Assembly: GCF_964204865.1 (NCBI RefSeq)
Contig: NC_135252.1
Span: forward strand, 15,500,001-15,564,000
Length of the DNA stretch: 64,000 nucleotides
Reading direction: 5' to 3'
DNA from: Styela clava
Taxonomy: Eukaryota
The notes under the pieces were generated by a model that worked only from the letters and a program-made list of their open reading frames with translations, was not told the origin of the DNA and searched no databases. A program made the translations under genes and the position numbers. Shown piece by piece: positions 27,101-40,000 of the stretch (positions are counted from its first letter, which is position 1; each line of letters opens with the position of its first letter).

Positions 27101-28157
27101 GTATATAAAAATGGTTGTAATTGACAATAAACTCGTCATAAATTTTCTAAGAAAAAATTTCCCATATTTGTTGATGATGATTTACCTACTTTCCACACAC
27201 CAAATGCTTGTAGATGTTGTATAATAATTGCAGATTAATTACTGATTTTTGTCCCATTAAATTAATCTGGTTACTGGGGCTTGATGCCACATGATTGTGT
27301 GCGTGAAGTAATAGCTGTTATGTCAGATTTAATTTCTTCTCATCAATTTCTGATTTACTGTTTCAGTTTAGTATTAGTGTTATCACATTATATTTAAGCT
27401 TGGAAACTACTACATACTTATTATTACTTAATCAAGTTATATTATAAAGTGCTCTTTTATACACTTGACTTCTTTGAAATACGGTGTTCTTGATTTGTAG
27501 CAGTTCATTTTCAGTTGCAAAAATTCTATTCACCGTAGGCAATTAGGACAACATTAGGTAAGTGCCGTGGTGGGATTCAGCCCGTTCGCACCGGTTTTAT
27601 AGAACCGTCTCACGGAATTTTACGATATCAGCGAACTGGTTAGCATATGGTTGCCATACCGGCCGGACATGTCCGGAATTTAGGGTTATATTTTGCGTCC
27701 GGGAAGAATTTAAAAAAATGCTCAAATGTCCGCAATTTTACTACATCTGCAATCGTACTGTGCACACTGTTAATACTAGGAGGTTGTGTAGAATTATGAT
27801 GTAACAGAGCGTTTTCCTTATCAATGATGTTTACCATTTAGAACTTCCTGATTATTATTCGCTGACCAGCAGCTAGTTCCTTGTTAAGTTGGCTGAATAC
27901 AGGAGTTTTATACCGCGAAGCCTTACTTGTGGATTTTTCTATTCAAATAAGAAGCTAGTCAGGAATTAGGGATCGAAAGTGCTTGTCCCTGAAGCATTTT
28001 GGTTCAGTTAGTCTGGTGGTAAATTACTTTGTTTTTTAGACTAGAGTATGCATTTTTAGTTGGGTTGTATTTATTGTTAATAAAAATAGATATTATTTCA
28101 AATGGCTAATTCTAAACGAAAGTACACATTCACTAACGAGATGCAAGAAAAACATCG

Positions 28158-29118
28158 TAACGATTTAAAATGGCCCGCCGAACTTGAGTGAAATAGTTTA
28201 ACACTTCATATGGTACGTTTGAGTTTTAGATTCCGTCTATCGTTACATCATTATCACAGTTTAAGCACTTTTATTTCGTAACAATTGAATTATACCGGTA
28301 TCTTATGTATACGTATGGGTATTAGGATTACACACCGCAGTATTTTAGATACCATATTAGCCATATATTAAGAAAGCTTAAAAGATGTCACAAAACAAAA
28401 AGTAGGCACTGAAAACATACATTTTTTAGATGAATGGCAGTGTTTTTATTTCTTTATTGGAAAAAATCAAACTTCAGCCATTTGTCTTCCTTGCCAACAA
28501 AATATTTCAGTTCTGAAGGAATACAACATTATGCGCCTTTATGATCAGTTGACGCGCGTATTTCAAAATTTAATTCATTGCTTGATTCGTACAAAAGTCA
28601 AACAAACATGTTCAAAAAAATGTGAAATGTGTAACAAAACAAGCCATAAGTAGCCAATCATACGATGCCATATGCTACATGAGCAAGTAACTTCATTAGT
28701 CACTATAAGTTGTAAATTACTTGCTGAAAGCCGTGCTTGTTATTTATTCCTCGGGAATTCTATCAGCTAAATATTATAATTATTAATTTCATTACATAAC
28801 AAACTGCGATGCTAGGTGTATCTAAAATCAAGCTTAGAGCCTATTTCTCAAAATTTTCTCAGGCCGCTCAAGCGCGCCCTGAACCCCAGCCGTATCGTCG
28901 CGCACTTTTCCTCGCTCCCCTTTTCTGGCCCTACAATTTTATCCTGCTGTGTATTTTGGCTCGCCGACAATCAACTCGGGGGACCCCCTCATGTACATCG
29001 TTTCTTAAATACATACCAATTTTTGAGAATACAAATAGTTTCATCGCTAATAGCAAATTATTTACCACCCCTAAATTTCGAAACACCCCCCAAAAATTAA
29101 AAGCTGGGGAACATACTG
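28158..29118 (+). mobile_element. Composite insertion: Charlie/SPIN-type hAT transposase N-terminal fragment plus a hAT MITE end
   Basis: 28385-28550 translates to KQKVGTENIHFLDEWQCFYFFI...AICLPCQQNISVLKEYNIMRLY, the SPIN/Buster-type zinc finger. The right end GCTGGGGAACATACTG is CAG-type and interrupts the host transposase. Confidence 0.65.
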
Positions 29119-29331
29119 GGCAGAATGCTTGGTTTGCAAATCAGGAACCTATGTATCTGTCGTGCACAATGGTAATGGTGATTTAAACACCCATCTGCAA
29201 TCGGAAAAACATCGCAAAACAGTAAGAGGGGCTGTCGCATCAACAAAAATGTGAAATTATTTTGTTACAGCAGGAAGCAAATACGAGGATGAAATCACCG
29301 TCGCAGAAGCCACTCTTGCATTTCACGCTGC

Positions 29332-31125
29332 TTTTTGAACTCTGAATCCCCAGAACGACGCTACTCTCTCACCCTGACCTCCCACGGCGTCGCATCGATT
29401 TGACGCGTCAAAAATTGTAATATCTCTAATTTTAAATCAACATAACTTTTAAACCAGATGGTCTGTAATATGTCATATAAAAGCTTATCTAGTCTTTTAT
29501 TTCTAACTGGCATTATTTTTTATGAGATGTTTTGATGAGATGTGTAAGCCTATTTTTAGTCCAATCTGCTAATTTTTTGTGTTTTAGTAGGATTTGATAC
29601 CTTTTTTAGATATGTATCATCAATATATGTAAAATTTTGAAAAGTATACAAAATTACCTTTCGGGGAATATACGGATGACTTTCTTAACATACGCATAAC
29701 TCATTTTATTGCAGAATTTGTACTATCGATTCCAATGGTTTGTGAACAAAATTGATCAACTATTTTGACGCCAAGTTTGCGTAACGACGCAAAGGGCGAC
29801 GACGACATTGTCCTGATAACGTTCATGCGACGTTTCGTGTGTAACGCTTTGCGTGATATAGATTGCGCAATTGCACAGCTTGAGTTCGGAATGTGCCATC
29901 ATTGCATCAGTATCATATCCTCGGCCGCAGATAAAACCTCTATATTCAGACGAATCTTGATCGAACATAGTGAAATTGCTAGAATATAAAGGCCATTTTA
30001 TATATATATACGTTAATTATTTAAATATGGGACGAAAATGAATGGCCAAAGTGAAATATTTGATCCTCATGCATTTATGAGGTTCCGCCGGAAACATCAA
30101 GGCTAATTCTTCACCGTTGGATATCATGAAAATTGAATAAAAAAAACGGATAACGGCAACGCGCAAGACATGGTGGCACCAGTAGCTCACCGGGTCAGTG
30201 TTTTACATTTTGCGGCCTCATTCGATTTTCGAAATTACTGCATATACCTACGCAACATTCCTGATATCGCTATATTTACAATGAATTTTAAACGAAAGCT
30301 TTGTCCAGATGAAATATTGGAAAGTATCCATCTATCGGAAGAAGAAAATATGGCACAATAAAGTCCAGCATTGGCGCTGAACAATGCATCCATCGATATG
30401 TTCCAGCATTCCGTTTTTAGAAATCCGTATTTTTGCTATTCGAATTTTTCATATATATCTTTATGCAATTAAAACGGCAATAACACTGCATATTGTGTGT
30501 TTTAGTCGAACAGATTTTGAGACTGGATGGAATGCGTAAATTCTCCCTTGTATCGTTTACAAGTCGTTAGTCGCTTCAAGAGTACGAATTAAAGTAAATG
30601 ACGCTACGAGCATGCGGGGAAAAGTGTTTTTCGTATAGAACGTAAACGTGCTACGTGCCGACGTAATTGCTTAACGTCGCTGCGTAACGGCGTAAATGTG
30701 TCAGGTTGTTATTTACGTCACCTTGACGTCGCCTCGATCTTGCGACAAAGAAAATCACGAATAAAAATGCTTCTAAAATTTGAATGGTGCAACATAACTT
30801 CAATCTAATGGTATCACTGGAAAGCTATCTTCATCTTCTACAAATGTTGTCGATAATCTACTAGGTTAAATTTTTCCAATTAGATTTAGGAGTTTTTCAG
30901 AAGTTTTTTATGCTTTTCAATTTTGCCAATTTTCATAAGATTATCACAATATTTTATCTCAATTTTAAAATTATACTTAGCCCTGTAGATTATTTTTCAC
31001 GCGATGTGAAACTTGTCTAAATATAATATATGGTTCGCGAGATATGAGTGTTTCAAAGTTGTGTAGCGCATACGGGATGCTAAAGCGGCTTTCGGCGTCA
31101 GAAGACTTTCTCGAGATTTTTGTCC
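29332..31125. mobile_element. Non-autonomous DNA element, possibly piggyBac-derived
   Basis: Splits the host transposase between ...LAFHA and CTSV...; the short ORF MNFKRKLCPDEILESIHLSEEE (30281-30361) resembles piggyBac N-termini. No clean TTAA or TIRs resolved. Confidence 0.5.
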
Positions 31126-31845
31126 ATGTACATCTGTTCCACTTGAAAAGATTTTCCTTGATTCTAATGCAGCGAAGAAGTTTAGTAGTGGCCGCACAAA
31201 GACAGAAAAAGTTGTTACTAGCGTACTTGCGCAATATTCTATTGATGCTGTTCTAAAAGGTTTTGAAGAAAACGATATCGCGTATTTTGGCGTTGCAACA
31301 GATGGCAGCAATCACAATGAACTGAAATTATTTCCTACAATCATTCAATATTTTGACTGGAGGAAAGGTGGTTTGCAATCAAAATTGATTGAGTTTACAA
31401 ACAAGGCAAACGAGACTGCCGACACAATTGCCACTTATGTAAAAGACACCTTAGAAAAAAGATGTTTTTAAAAAAATGTGTGGCATTTACAAGAGACAAC
31501 TGTAAATGCCCTATTGAAGAGAATTAGGTCTCCAGAAAAATATGCATGGTCAGAAGAGTGAATTTGTAGTGACTTGATCTACAAGCGTGTCTGTAATTTG
31601 TTTTAAGCATGCAATTGCTGTTCTTCCTTTTCGGCACAACCTAATTCGCATTATTATTTTCCACTCTGAAGTTGAGATTTATTTAGACTTAGAGCTATAT
31701 TTAGAGAGTGCTAACCCGCCTGGTGTGAGATTCTGCTTGTGACTGAAGACAATACTTTATCATTATTGTAGCTGGCGCTTTAGAATGAGTATCGTACAGC
31801 GTTTGCAGCCTTCGGTAGCGCATATATATGGTCTCATGAAAATAC

Positions 31846-31936
31846 GGAGCTCCTGAAGTATGTGCACCAAGATGGCGCACAACCTGAACGTAGTATAGGT
31901 TGTGCGCCATCTTGGTGCACATACCTCGGGAGCGCC
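31846..31936. mobile_element. 91-bp near-perfect palindromic Merlin-like MITE
   Basis: 40-bp arms with 3 mismatches around an 11-nt loop; GG...CC termini; 8-bp TSD GAAAATAC. Confidence 0.8.
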
Positions 31937-33243
31937 GAAAATACTCATGCACTGTCCGGGATTTTGCTTTTTCAAATATGGTAGCCCTAGAACCGTTAGC
32001 ATTACTGAAAAAAACATGACTTTTTGTAACAGAACCGGCTGAAAAATATAACTTCTGTGATGAAACCGGGTCACCAAAAATTTTAATTCCCCCCACTGGG
32101 TAAGTGCTATCCTTTGGATGTCTGTATTCCCATACCAATCATAACTGACAGTTAATTTTTAGCGACAATGACAGAGAGACAAAATTTAGAGGATTCGTTC
32201 TGGATATCTCCAGATATTGAAATTGGGCAAAATTACCATTAATATCGACAAATTTCTGGTATTGGATGGAAGTCCCGTAACCGTGAGACGCTGGAAGTCC
32301 TAACGAATCACTGAGATAAGTCTCACTGGTTAGTGGAATCGGGGTTATTTCATTTAGATCGTTGAGTATTTAATAAATGGGGACTAGGGTCGGGTGATTT
32401 TAGGATCGAATTTCGAATACTTGTAAGATGAGTGATAATTAATGGTAATGGATTCTTCGGACACCAAAATTTCACACACAATGAAAAACATATTTCAATA
32501 ATAACTCGCTGGGAAAAATGTCTTATGTCAGAATTGCATTGTAAAAATGTGGCGGCGATTCGAAATTTTTGTCTGAACTTATTCGAATTGCCTAGCCCGA
32601 GTGTTATCTCTGATTTGCCCGACACTGGTTGATTCATTCGCCCAATTACAAACTTCAAAAAGTTCGTTTCTGAAGATGAAGTAAAATGGATTTTGTTTAT
32701 TGGGCTTTGCATCTAGTTGAGCCCCGGGGATTTCAGAAGAAATTGAGTTATGTCTAGTAGTGCTAGCCAGCAATACTAGAGCAACGTTCCAAAGTGATAT
32801 CCAACATGCATCTAATGTGCGGTATTAGGTCTGTCTGCCTTGGCTATTTACGCTAATTGAAATAAACGTCTTCTGAGTTATATCCGTTTGAGTTGAGAAA
32901 ACTAAACTTGCCTCGAACACCTTTCAGATAAATCGATCGAATAGGCGTGAAATACGGACAGAACAAAGGTACTTATACCAAAACTGCCGAAAAAACCCAT
33001 AATTCCGCCGATTAGAAAAATCTTCCGAAAACACCGATGACGTCCGACTGCAATTTTTTTTCCTTATCCCACTATTATCATGCATGTGGCTATTGTGCCT
33101 GGGAGGTAAGGGTAGTGCCGTGTGTAAGCATTAGGATAACATTCACATATTTATCCTGACAGAGATGAAGACCGATGAGAAAGCGTAATCACATGGTTAA
33201 ATGGTGGCATATTTAGGGCACCATCGATTGTCGTGCATTATAG

Positions 33244-33576
33244 CAGTGGTCGGCAACCTTTTTTCAGTGACGGACCGGTAAAGCCTGACCAAAATTTTGG
33301 CGGACCGCCTTTATACAAATTACAGACGAACTGATGTAATTTAATAAATTATATGCACTAGAAAAGTTATGTTAACAATACATTCAAAAACAAAGGTATA
33401 ACGTGTTTCTCACGTTCGTCCTACTTAAATATTTCGTTTTTGTGGTTGTCAATTTTGAAAACCTGACTTTACACACTGGTAACAATGCTATTAGGGCATT
33501 GTACGTTTTTTGTGTCACCTCTCTGCGGACCGGTAGTAATCACAATGGGCCGCGGCCCGGTGGTTGCCGACCACTG
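33244..33576. mobile_element. hAT-type MITE
   Basis: Perfect 15-bp TIR CAGTGGTCGGCAACC; perfect 8-bp TSD CATTATAG. Confidence 0.92.
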
Positions 33577-35980
33577 CATTATAGCATTTACTCAGTATTT
33601 TGTACCCTGATTTTGGCCGCCATTGTAAAAACTAGCACCATAAATCAGAATAGTGGGGGAAATCTACAGCGGAGCCCGTCTATAATAGTGGTGTCAAGGA
33701 GAAAAGAAGAGAGATAAAACTGTGTAAGTTACTATACTTCCAGCATGACTTCGTACTATATTGTTGTGTATAAAGAATCTCATAACTTGTATGTATGTAT
33801 GTACCTTTAAAAAGTTAACAAATCGAGGATTTATAGCACTCCGTACTGTACGAGGCAAAACCGAAAGCGGGCGAGAGAGACGTTAACTTTAGGCAGGCGA
33901 ACGTGGCTCACCCGTTTAACTTTATTCACTTTCATGCGGGGACAATTTAGACTAAAACATGCGGTGGAACGAAAGCGAAAAATGTGATTATTCGCCGGCG
34001 AAGATATCGGCTGGGCAATTAATACCAACCCAATATTACGACGGATGGAAAATTTTCTAATAAAGCAAAGTAACTTCGTCTTTCGTCAACCAAACGTTGC
34101 GCTGGCAGAAAAAAAACTACGAAATTTCACGCGGGCCGGCAAAAATTCTTCACGAACCAGCAGTTAGAAACCATTATCTTGATCTAGACTTAGAACAACG
34201 ATATGTTAATGTTTTCAAAAAATATTAATCGAAACTGCAAATAGCATACAGACGTGCGTGACAGAACGTAAAATAGTAAATATCCACATACGGATGTATA
34301 CCGTTATTTAAATAACAAAAACTAGAGGTGAAACCGAAGCACATTCATATGAATCATCACTTTTCGTATGCCTAAGCGTTTACTAAGTTTTCAAATTCGA
34401 TTCCATACCAACAACAAATTTGGTCAGTGCTTGTAATATATATGAGAAATTCTTTGAAATAAAAACTATCAAAAAGTGAATATCAAAATATACTAGGAAC
34501 ACAAAATATGACAGTAAACTACAATTAATGTAATATGAAGCTGTGGCATATACAAAATTTTTATGTAATAGCATTCGTGCGTCGTCATATCGATGTCGTC
34601 ATTGACTTATCGTTACTGATAAATAAGAGCGTAAGCAGGTAGAAAATGTATTTAAGCAATTAAGTAAGAAACCCGGAAATTCACGATTATATAATGTGAT
34701 ATTCGTGTATTAAAATCGCAATTAATCATGACGAGATAACAAATTGTGAAATAACAACTTCCGAAACACAATGATAAAATTAGTACATGTGTGTACATGC
34801 GCGAATAAGCAGATTTGGTATTACTTGGAGATTAGACAGATAAACAGCTCTAGTTTGACTGCGTAATCTTCGGCAAAGTATTTAATTTTAACTTTGTTAT
34901 ATGGAAGCGTAAACGTCTTTACCACGAAATGTACCATGGATAGTTTTGTTATTATGTTGTTATTTATCCTTGTTAGTATTTCTTTTCTTCCTCTTGTGGA
35001 AAAACTACCGAACCACTTCTATTAAAATTTTCAGTCGGTAAAGATCGCTGTTGTCACTAGAAGGCCATTATGTGGGCTCTGTGGGATTCGTTTTTCTATT
35101 TTAGGTTTTGTGTAGTGACGTCAACGAAATTACAAATAAAATCAAGTGTAGCGGTTCCGCATCTCAGTGGATCTCGTGCTCAGCAAAAGTCGACGGATCT
35201 CGTAGGGAAGTCAAAAGTTTGCAAGGGCTTGCATGCGATACTAAGTTTGAAACGTTATCAAAACCTGTCAATGTAACATTCATTCTAACAAGCGCAGTCA
35301 TGTTTGATCCTTAACAAAAACCATTGGCTTTAAATTGGTAAAGTTAGCATCGTTCGACTTTTCCAAGGTTTCAGCTTAATTTGATATAAATTAATTCAAC
35401 TGTGGCGACAGCAAATATAAAGTGTAGTCGTGTTAGAAGTTTTAGACTAATATACCTGCCATATTTCAACTGTAGGGCGTGTCTTGAAATTCCCTTTTAA
35501 TCTTCAATATTTCTGAATATAAAATTACTAAAATGCAATTATAAATGGCAGTATAAACGATAAAATGACTCATCTGAGCGAAAGCGCACGCAGAGACGAG
35601 AGTGGAAGATAGTTCGGGACATGTAAGAGGAGAAACGCGCGGTGATTTAGGGAGTTGGTTACGGCAATGTGTGTATATTCGTATTGGTTACGTTACGGGA
35701 TTAGTGCAGTCATTATAATCTATGCATCCTGTACATAGTCACCGCGCGATATCATTTACACCCATAAATTCAAGAAAGGCTGGATTTGCCCCATAACAGG
35801 CTACTGTCGTACTGGTGACAAACAGTCGCTTCGGACATTTAATATATAACTGGCATAATGACGATTTTCATATCACGTATTGTCTCCCTCGTGCTAAAGT
35901 GATGCTTTTTATTTATTATCCCGCATTTGAATTTATATATATCATATACAAGGGAATATTAGCCAACATGTCCGAATCGG

Positions 35981-36545
35981 ATCGAAATATTGTTAAAACA
36001 TTATCGGACTGTGACTATACACCTCAGTGACTATGACACGATTGTGAATCAATAGACACATTCCCTCGCTTGGGTCATTGCAGCAAACTTCTGGGATAAA
36101 TATTAACCGTGGTTACGGAGCATTTAGTGCTCCTCATAAAAGTTTTTTTGTTTTATAATAGGCTGTGCAAATATTTGCAGAAGGGGTATAAGGACTCTGA
36201 TATGGACTGTTATAAGTTTTAACAATAGTTTGTTAACGGTATTTGGATGTAGAAACTGATGGGTTAAGACATATATCCTTCCACCAAAATCTGAATTTTG
36301 TTGCAGGTAAGTTTTTTTTAAATATTTAAAATCTGAAGTCCCTATATTCACATCCAGTCGTATTCTTACACTTAAAATAAGTAAAGTTTACTTTACGTTC
36401 AGTCCATATTACTGTTTCTTCATATTTCAAAACCAGCTTTGCTTTGAATATAAATTTGTATAGAATAAATTAGGACATAGTAACGAAATATAAAGACCTC
36501 CACTCTCAGGTTGATACTATACATTGGGCGACGGAGGACGCCCCG
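35981..36545 (+). repeat. XDH upstream region (putative promoter and non-coding exon), duplicated at 63350-63935
   Basis: Colinear diverged similarity over ~560 bp, including the conserved donor TTGCAG|GTAAGT at 36306/36307; a matching acceptor lies at 37071. Confidence 0.8.
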
Positions 36546-36774
36546 ACACACCTTCTCTGCAGTTATAAAATGCTCGGCGATGTTTCCACGTGGACTTCAA
36601 AGTGCCGAGCGAGAGGTGGCCTCAATACTTGCGCGTGAATAATGAAATTATAAAAAGCTTCCATTAGATAGCTGCGTAGTTATCACGTATTTTTTATAAC
36701 TTGTTTTGCAATAAAATATGTGTCGTCGTACCGAACATGGATGTGATAATGCTTATATGAATTTACATGGTAAA

Positions 36775-37014
36775 TGTAATCCGCGGTTAGCGTACACTGC
36801 CAAGCGTTATTTACAGGCTTGCTGTCGCATCTCTATAATAACCCTGTGCGGATTGGTAAGTTCGTATCCCACGAGTGTATTTTGTGCGAGAGGATTGCTG
36901 GGGTAGCCTACTACACGCTGATTGGTCCACGTGCTCTCTGGTCGGTTACTGCCCAATCAAGCCCATGCATCTGAAACGAATTGATGGGATAAATATGAAC
37001 ATCTTATTTTCCTA
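36775..37014 (+). mobile_element. tRNA-derived SINE copy (head present)
   Basis: B-box-like GTTCGTATCCC (~36860), body shared with the other copies, tail ...ATTTTCCTA. Confidence 0.55.
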
Positions 37015-37095
37015 TTTTGTATCATAAACACTTTTGCATAAAATGAACTCTCCTTACATGCTCTTTTTCAGGTATTACAGCATATATTGGAGAAA

Positions 37096-40000
37096 ATGCC
37101 GTCAGCGGAGAAATCCGACGTTCTTATATTTTACGTTAATGGAAAGAAGGTAAGAAGTAACGAATTGTTAAATTGGTTGAAAATATTAAAATTACCCAAA
37201 TCATCAAATTATCTTCAAATCAGACCGACTCTGGCGACCTAATTGTAGCTGTGTACACAAGTGTCGTGGATTATCAGAATTATTAACTTATTATAGCTGA
37301 CGATATCGAAATAACAAGCGACAAGAAAATAGATAACGGGTCTCAAGTATTGCTCTGTAATTAACCGACGTTGGATATATAAAATGATAGACAGTACACC
37401 AAACACGTGTCGATAATGTTTTACCTGTTATATCGTTTGTTTTACAATTCCCCCCGTTGTACCTTAAATTAATGTTTCAGGTGATGGAAAAGAACGCAGA
37501 CCCAGAAACTATCTTACTTACTTATTTAAGAAATAATCGTAAGTGTTTTATAATTTGATGCAATGACACTGGTATTTTTACTTTGAATAAAGATCTTCTA
37601 GAATCTAGACCAGGCCTGCACAACTAAAAATAACTCAAGGGCCGCAAAACAGAAAAATATTTGTTCACGGGCTACAAGTTATCGTTATTACAGTATGTAA
37701 AATATCATGTATTGTTCTGTATATAACGTATAAACAATGCAACATATGAACAAATCGACACCAAATCAAATCTGTAGTGAGAAAAGTTGCATCATTTGTT
37801 TGCGACAAGCTTCTCGTAATTGGAGAACTATTACATTTCACAGTTCACACAAAAATTATTTGTTGTTTGTTTTAATGTTGAATATCAAAAGGTATGCTCG
37901 CATAGGTATGAGCGCTTCCGATCAAGCTGGATATTTTTTGCTAATACCAGTAGCTTTTTAAGCTTTCGTTTTATACAGTGGAACTGACACCACTTTGCGA
38001 TAATGTTAGACAGAGTAGTTTTGAATATTTCGACCACAAATAAAAATTTGTTTGACTATTTTATTCAATTGTTCGTTCTCAGTCTTTGTTTCCGGTCATT
38101 GCGATTTTATTGAGAAATGCTGAAAACAAACGCCACTATCGCATGCACTCCATACATTTATCGTGCAAGGCGCACGAGACATTATGATGCAACAAACGGC
38201 GATGCATAATAATCGGGTACAAAAGTACTGAAATAAATTGAACGGCAGTAGGCAACTTGGACGCTATTTGAATCAGTATTTGGAAATTTCAATGAAAATA
38301 TCTACACTTGACATTGTTTTTCAGCACCAATCGCATACATTTTGTACGCATAATTGAATATTTTTAGTTCACCTCGCGCGCCGCATAAAACTTTCGCGGC
38401 CACATGCTGCCTGCGGGCCTTAAGTTGCACAGGCCTGTTCCAGACAATCAGTCATATAACCGTACACGTACACCTTATCAACGAAAACCAACTGAAAGGA
38501 TAAATGAAAATACATTTCAGATTACTAGATGGCGTAATCTCTAATAATTTCACTACGTATATATTATCATTATTTTGTTTTGAAATAAAAATGTTATCTA
38601 AACTATTATTATATATAGCCAATCAAACTAAATCACGCTTTCAGTTCAACTCACTGGTTCCAAGCTTGGATGTGGAGAAGGCGGGTGTGGTGCTTGCACT
38701 GTCATGATATCAAAATGGGAGAAAAGTTTAGAAAAGGCAAGGTGAACACCTAAATATGTTATTCGATGAACTGTGAATTACAGCAGTTTTGTGGGCGTTT
38801 TATGGCAAAATATCCAATCTACTTTCAGACACTTTGCAGTGAATGCATGTCTGGCACCGCTGGTTTCTGTACACGGGTGTGCGGTAACAACAGTAGAAGG
38901 AATCGGCAGCACAAAAACAAAACTTCATCAGATCCAAGAAAGGTTGGCAAAGTTCCACGGATCACAATGTGGATTTTGTACTCCTGGTATTGTTATGTCG
39001 ATGTACGCATTATTGCGTAACAACCAAATTCCGTCGGCAAGTGATATCGATAACTGTTTACAAGGAAATCTATGTAGATGTACTGGATATAGACCAATTA
39101 TTGCAGGTAAATGATAAATAAAGGATGTATTTTGTTATTACACTAAAATTCTTCAATCTCACGACTATGGAATAGAAATTCTATTGAGAAAGTCTTCGAA
39201 ATCTTGTTCACTCGCCTATGTATTACTGGTGTATGAATATTGGCAGGAAGGCATTAGGGGACAAATAAATATAAAAAAAGCATAATTGCTAAATATATGT
39301 ATCACTAGATAAAATAAAATACAAGACCATAGCGGTAAAGACTTAATCATCACAAATACCTTTATAGCGCTAATTTGTATATCATTAAATTATTTCTATT
39401 ATCCAACCTATAAATTATGTCAAAATAACATTTATTTTACAGCAGTATTCAAACTTCAACGGAAAATCATCAGCTATGTGTAGTTTTGCACAGATATGTG
39501 TTTCTTTTTGCATCTTTCTGCTTCTCTCGTTGCAATTCATGTTCCCGCTCCTAAAGTTTTAATTTCGCCCCAGGTTTTGACTGTTCAAAACGTTGGGGTT
39601 CGGCGGAATCTTCCAGTATAACGTAGGGGTTCGACACATTTGCAAAGGTTAAGAACCACTGCGTTAGAAATGTAAAAGCATTTCTGTCACGCTTTGTCAC
39701 TTTTACATACACTTTTCCACAACTGTGCAAAATGCAACATAAAAAAAATTAATCTTTATTTTTTTACATTTAATGTCATATGACTATTCCATACAAATAC
39801 TTCAACGTCAAGACGTGCATGGCTAGATTATCTACTACAGTACTACATATCTAGTGGTCCCATAATTATACAAATTACTGGCAATGTTGCCATGGTAAAA
39901 TTACTAGTTTCGATTGTGTGCTATCAATTGGTCTATTCAAAAATCTTTCACAAATCTCGTGAAAAATTGTGAACATAACTGCTTGATCATAGAAGTGAAA

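Larger units (their letters stand above)
27646..31989 (+). mobile_element. Internally deleted hAT (Blackjack-like) transposon with a fragmented transposase
   Basis: TIRs TATGGTTGCCATAC / ATATGGTAGCCCTA. Colinear transposase pieces: MANSKRKYTFTNEMQEKH (28102-28157); BED finger AECLVCK...HLQSEKH...AEATLAFH (29120-29330); CTS...SGRTKTE...VATDGSNH...LFPTIIQYFD...NETADTI...AFTRDNC (31127-31503); C-terminus LLKRIRSPEKY (31507-31560). Confidence 0.85.
27565..32098. mobile_element. Outer hAT MITE hosting nested insertions
   Basis: Ends CCGTGGTGGGATTC / AATTCCCCCCACTG; perfect 8-bp TSD GGTAAGTG at 27557-27564 and 32099-32106; repeated GAACCG subterminal motifs. Confidence 0.85.
25500..32830 (-). pseudogene. 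Decayed leucine-rich-repeat protein gene, possibly a secreted or Toll-like receptor ectodomain, interrupted by the transposon nest at 27565-32098
   Basis: Minus-strand translations: signal-peptide-like CWISLWNVALVLLAST (~32760-32810); LRR-consensus segments LPN/QYLEIS (~32205-32235, one frameshift), LPTVNRIFATENELLQIKNTVF (27477-27542) and LLRLDELNIVRNDI (within ORF 26124-26330). The frame is continuous across the reconstructed empty TSD. Many stops; the left boundary is uncertain. Confidence 0.45.

Noticed and set aside
31839-31943. Novel 6-bp-TSD transposon family
   Set aside because: All three copies extend to 8-bp duplications with matching terminal bases, which fits Merlin.
36775-36880. 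tRNA gene
   Set aside because: Only a B-box-like remnant attached to a SINE body; no cloverleaf.
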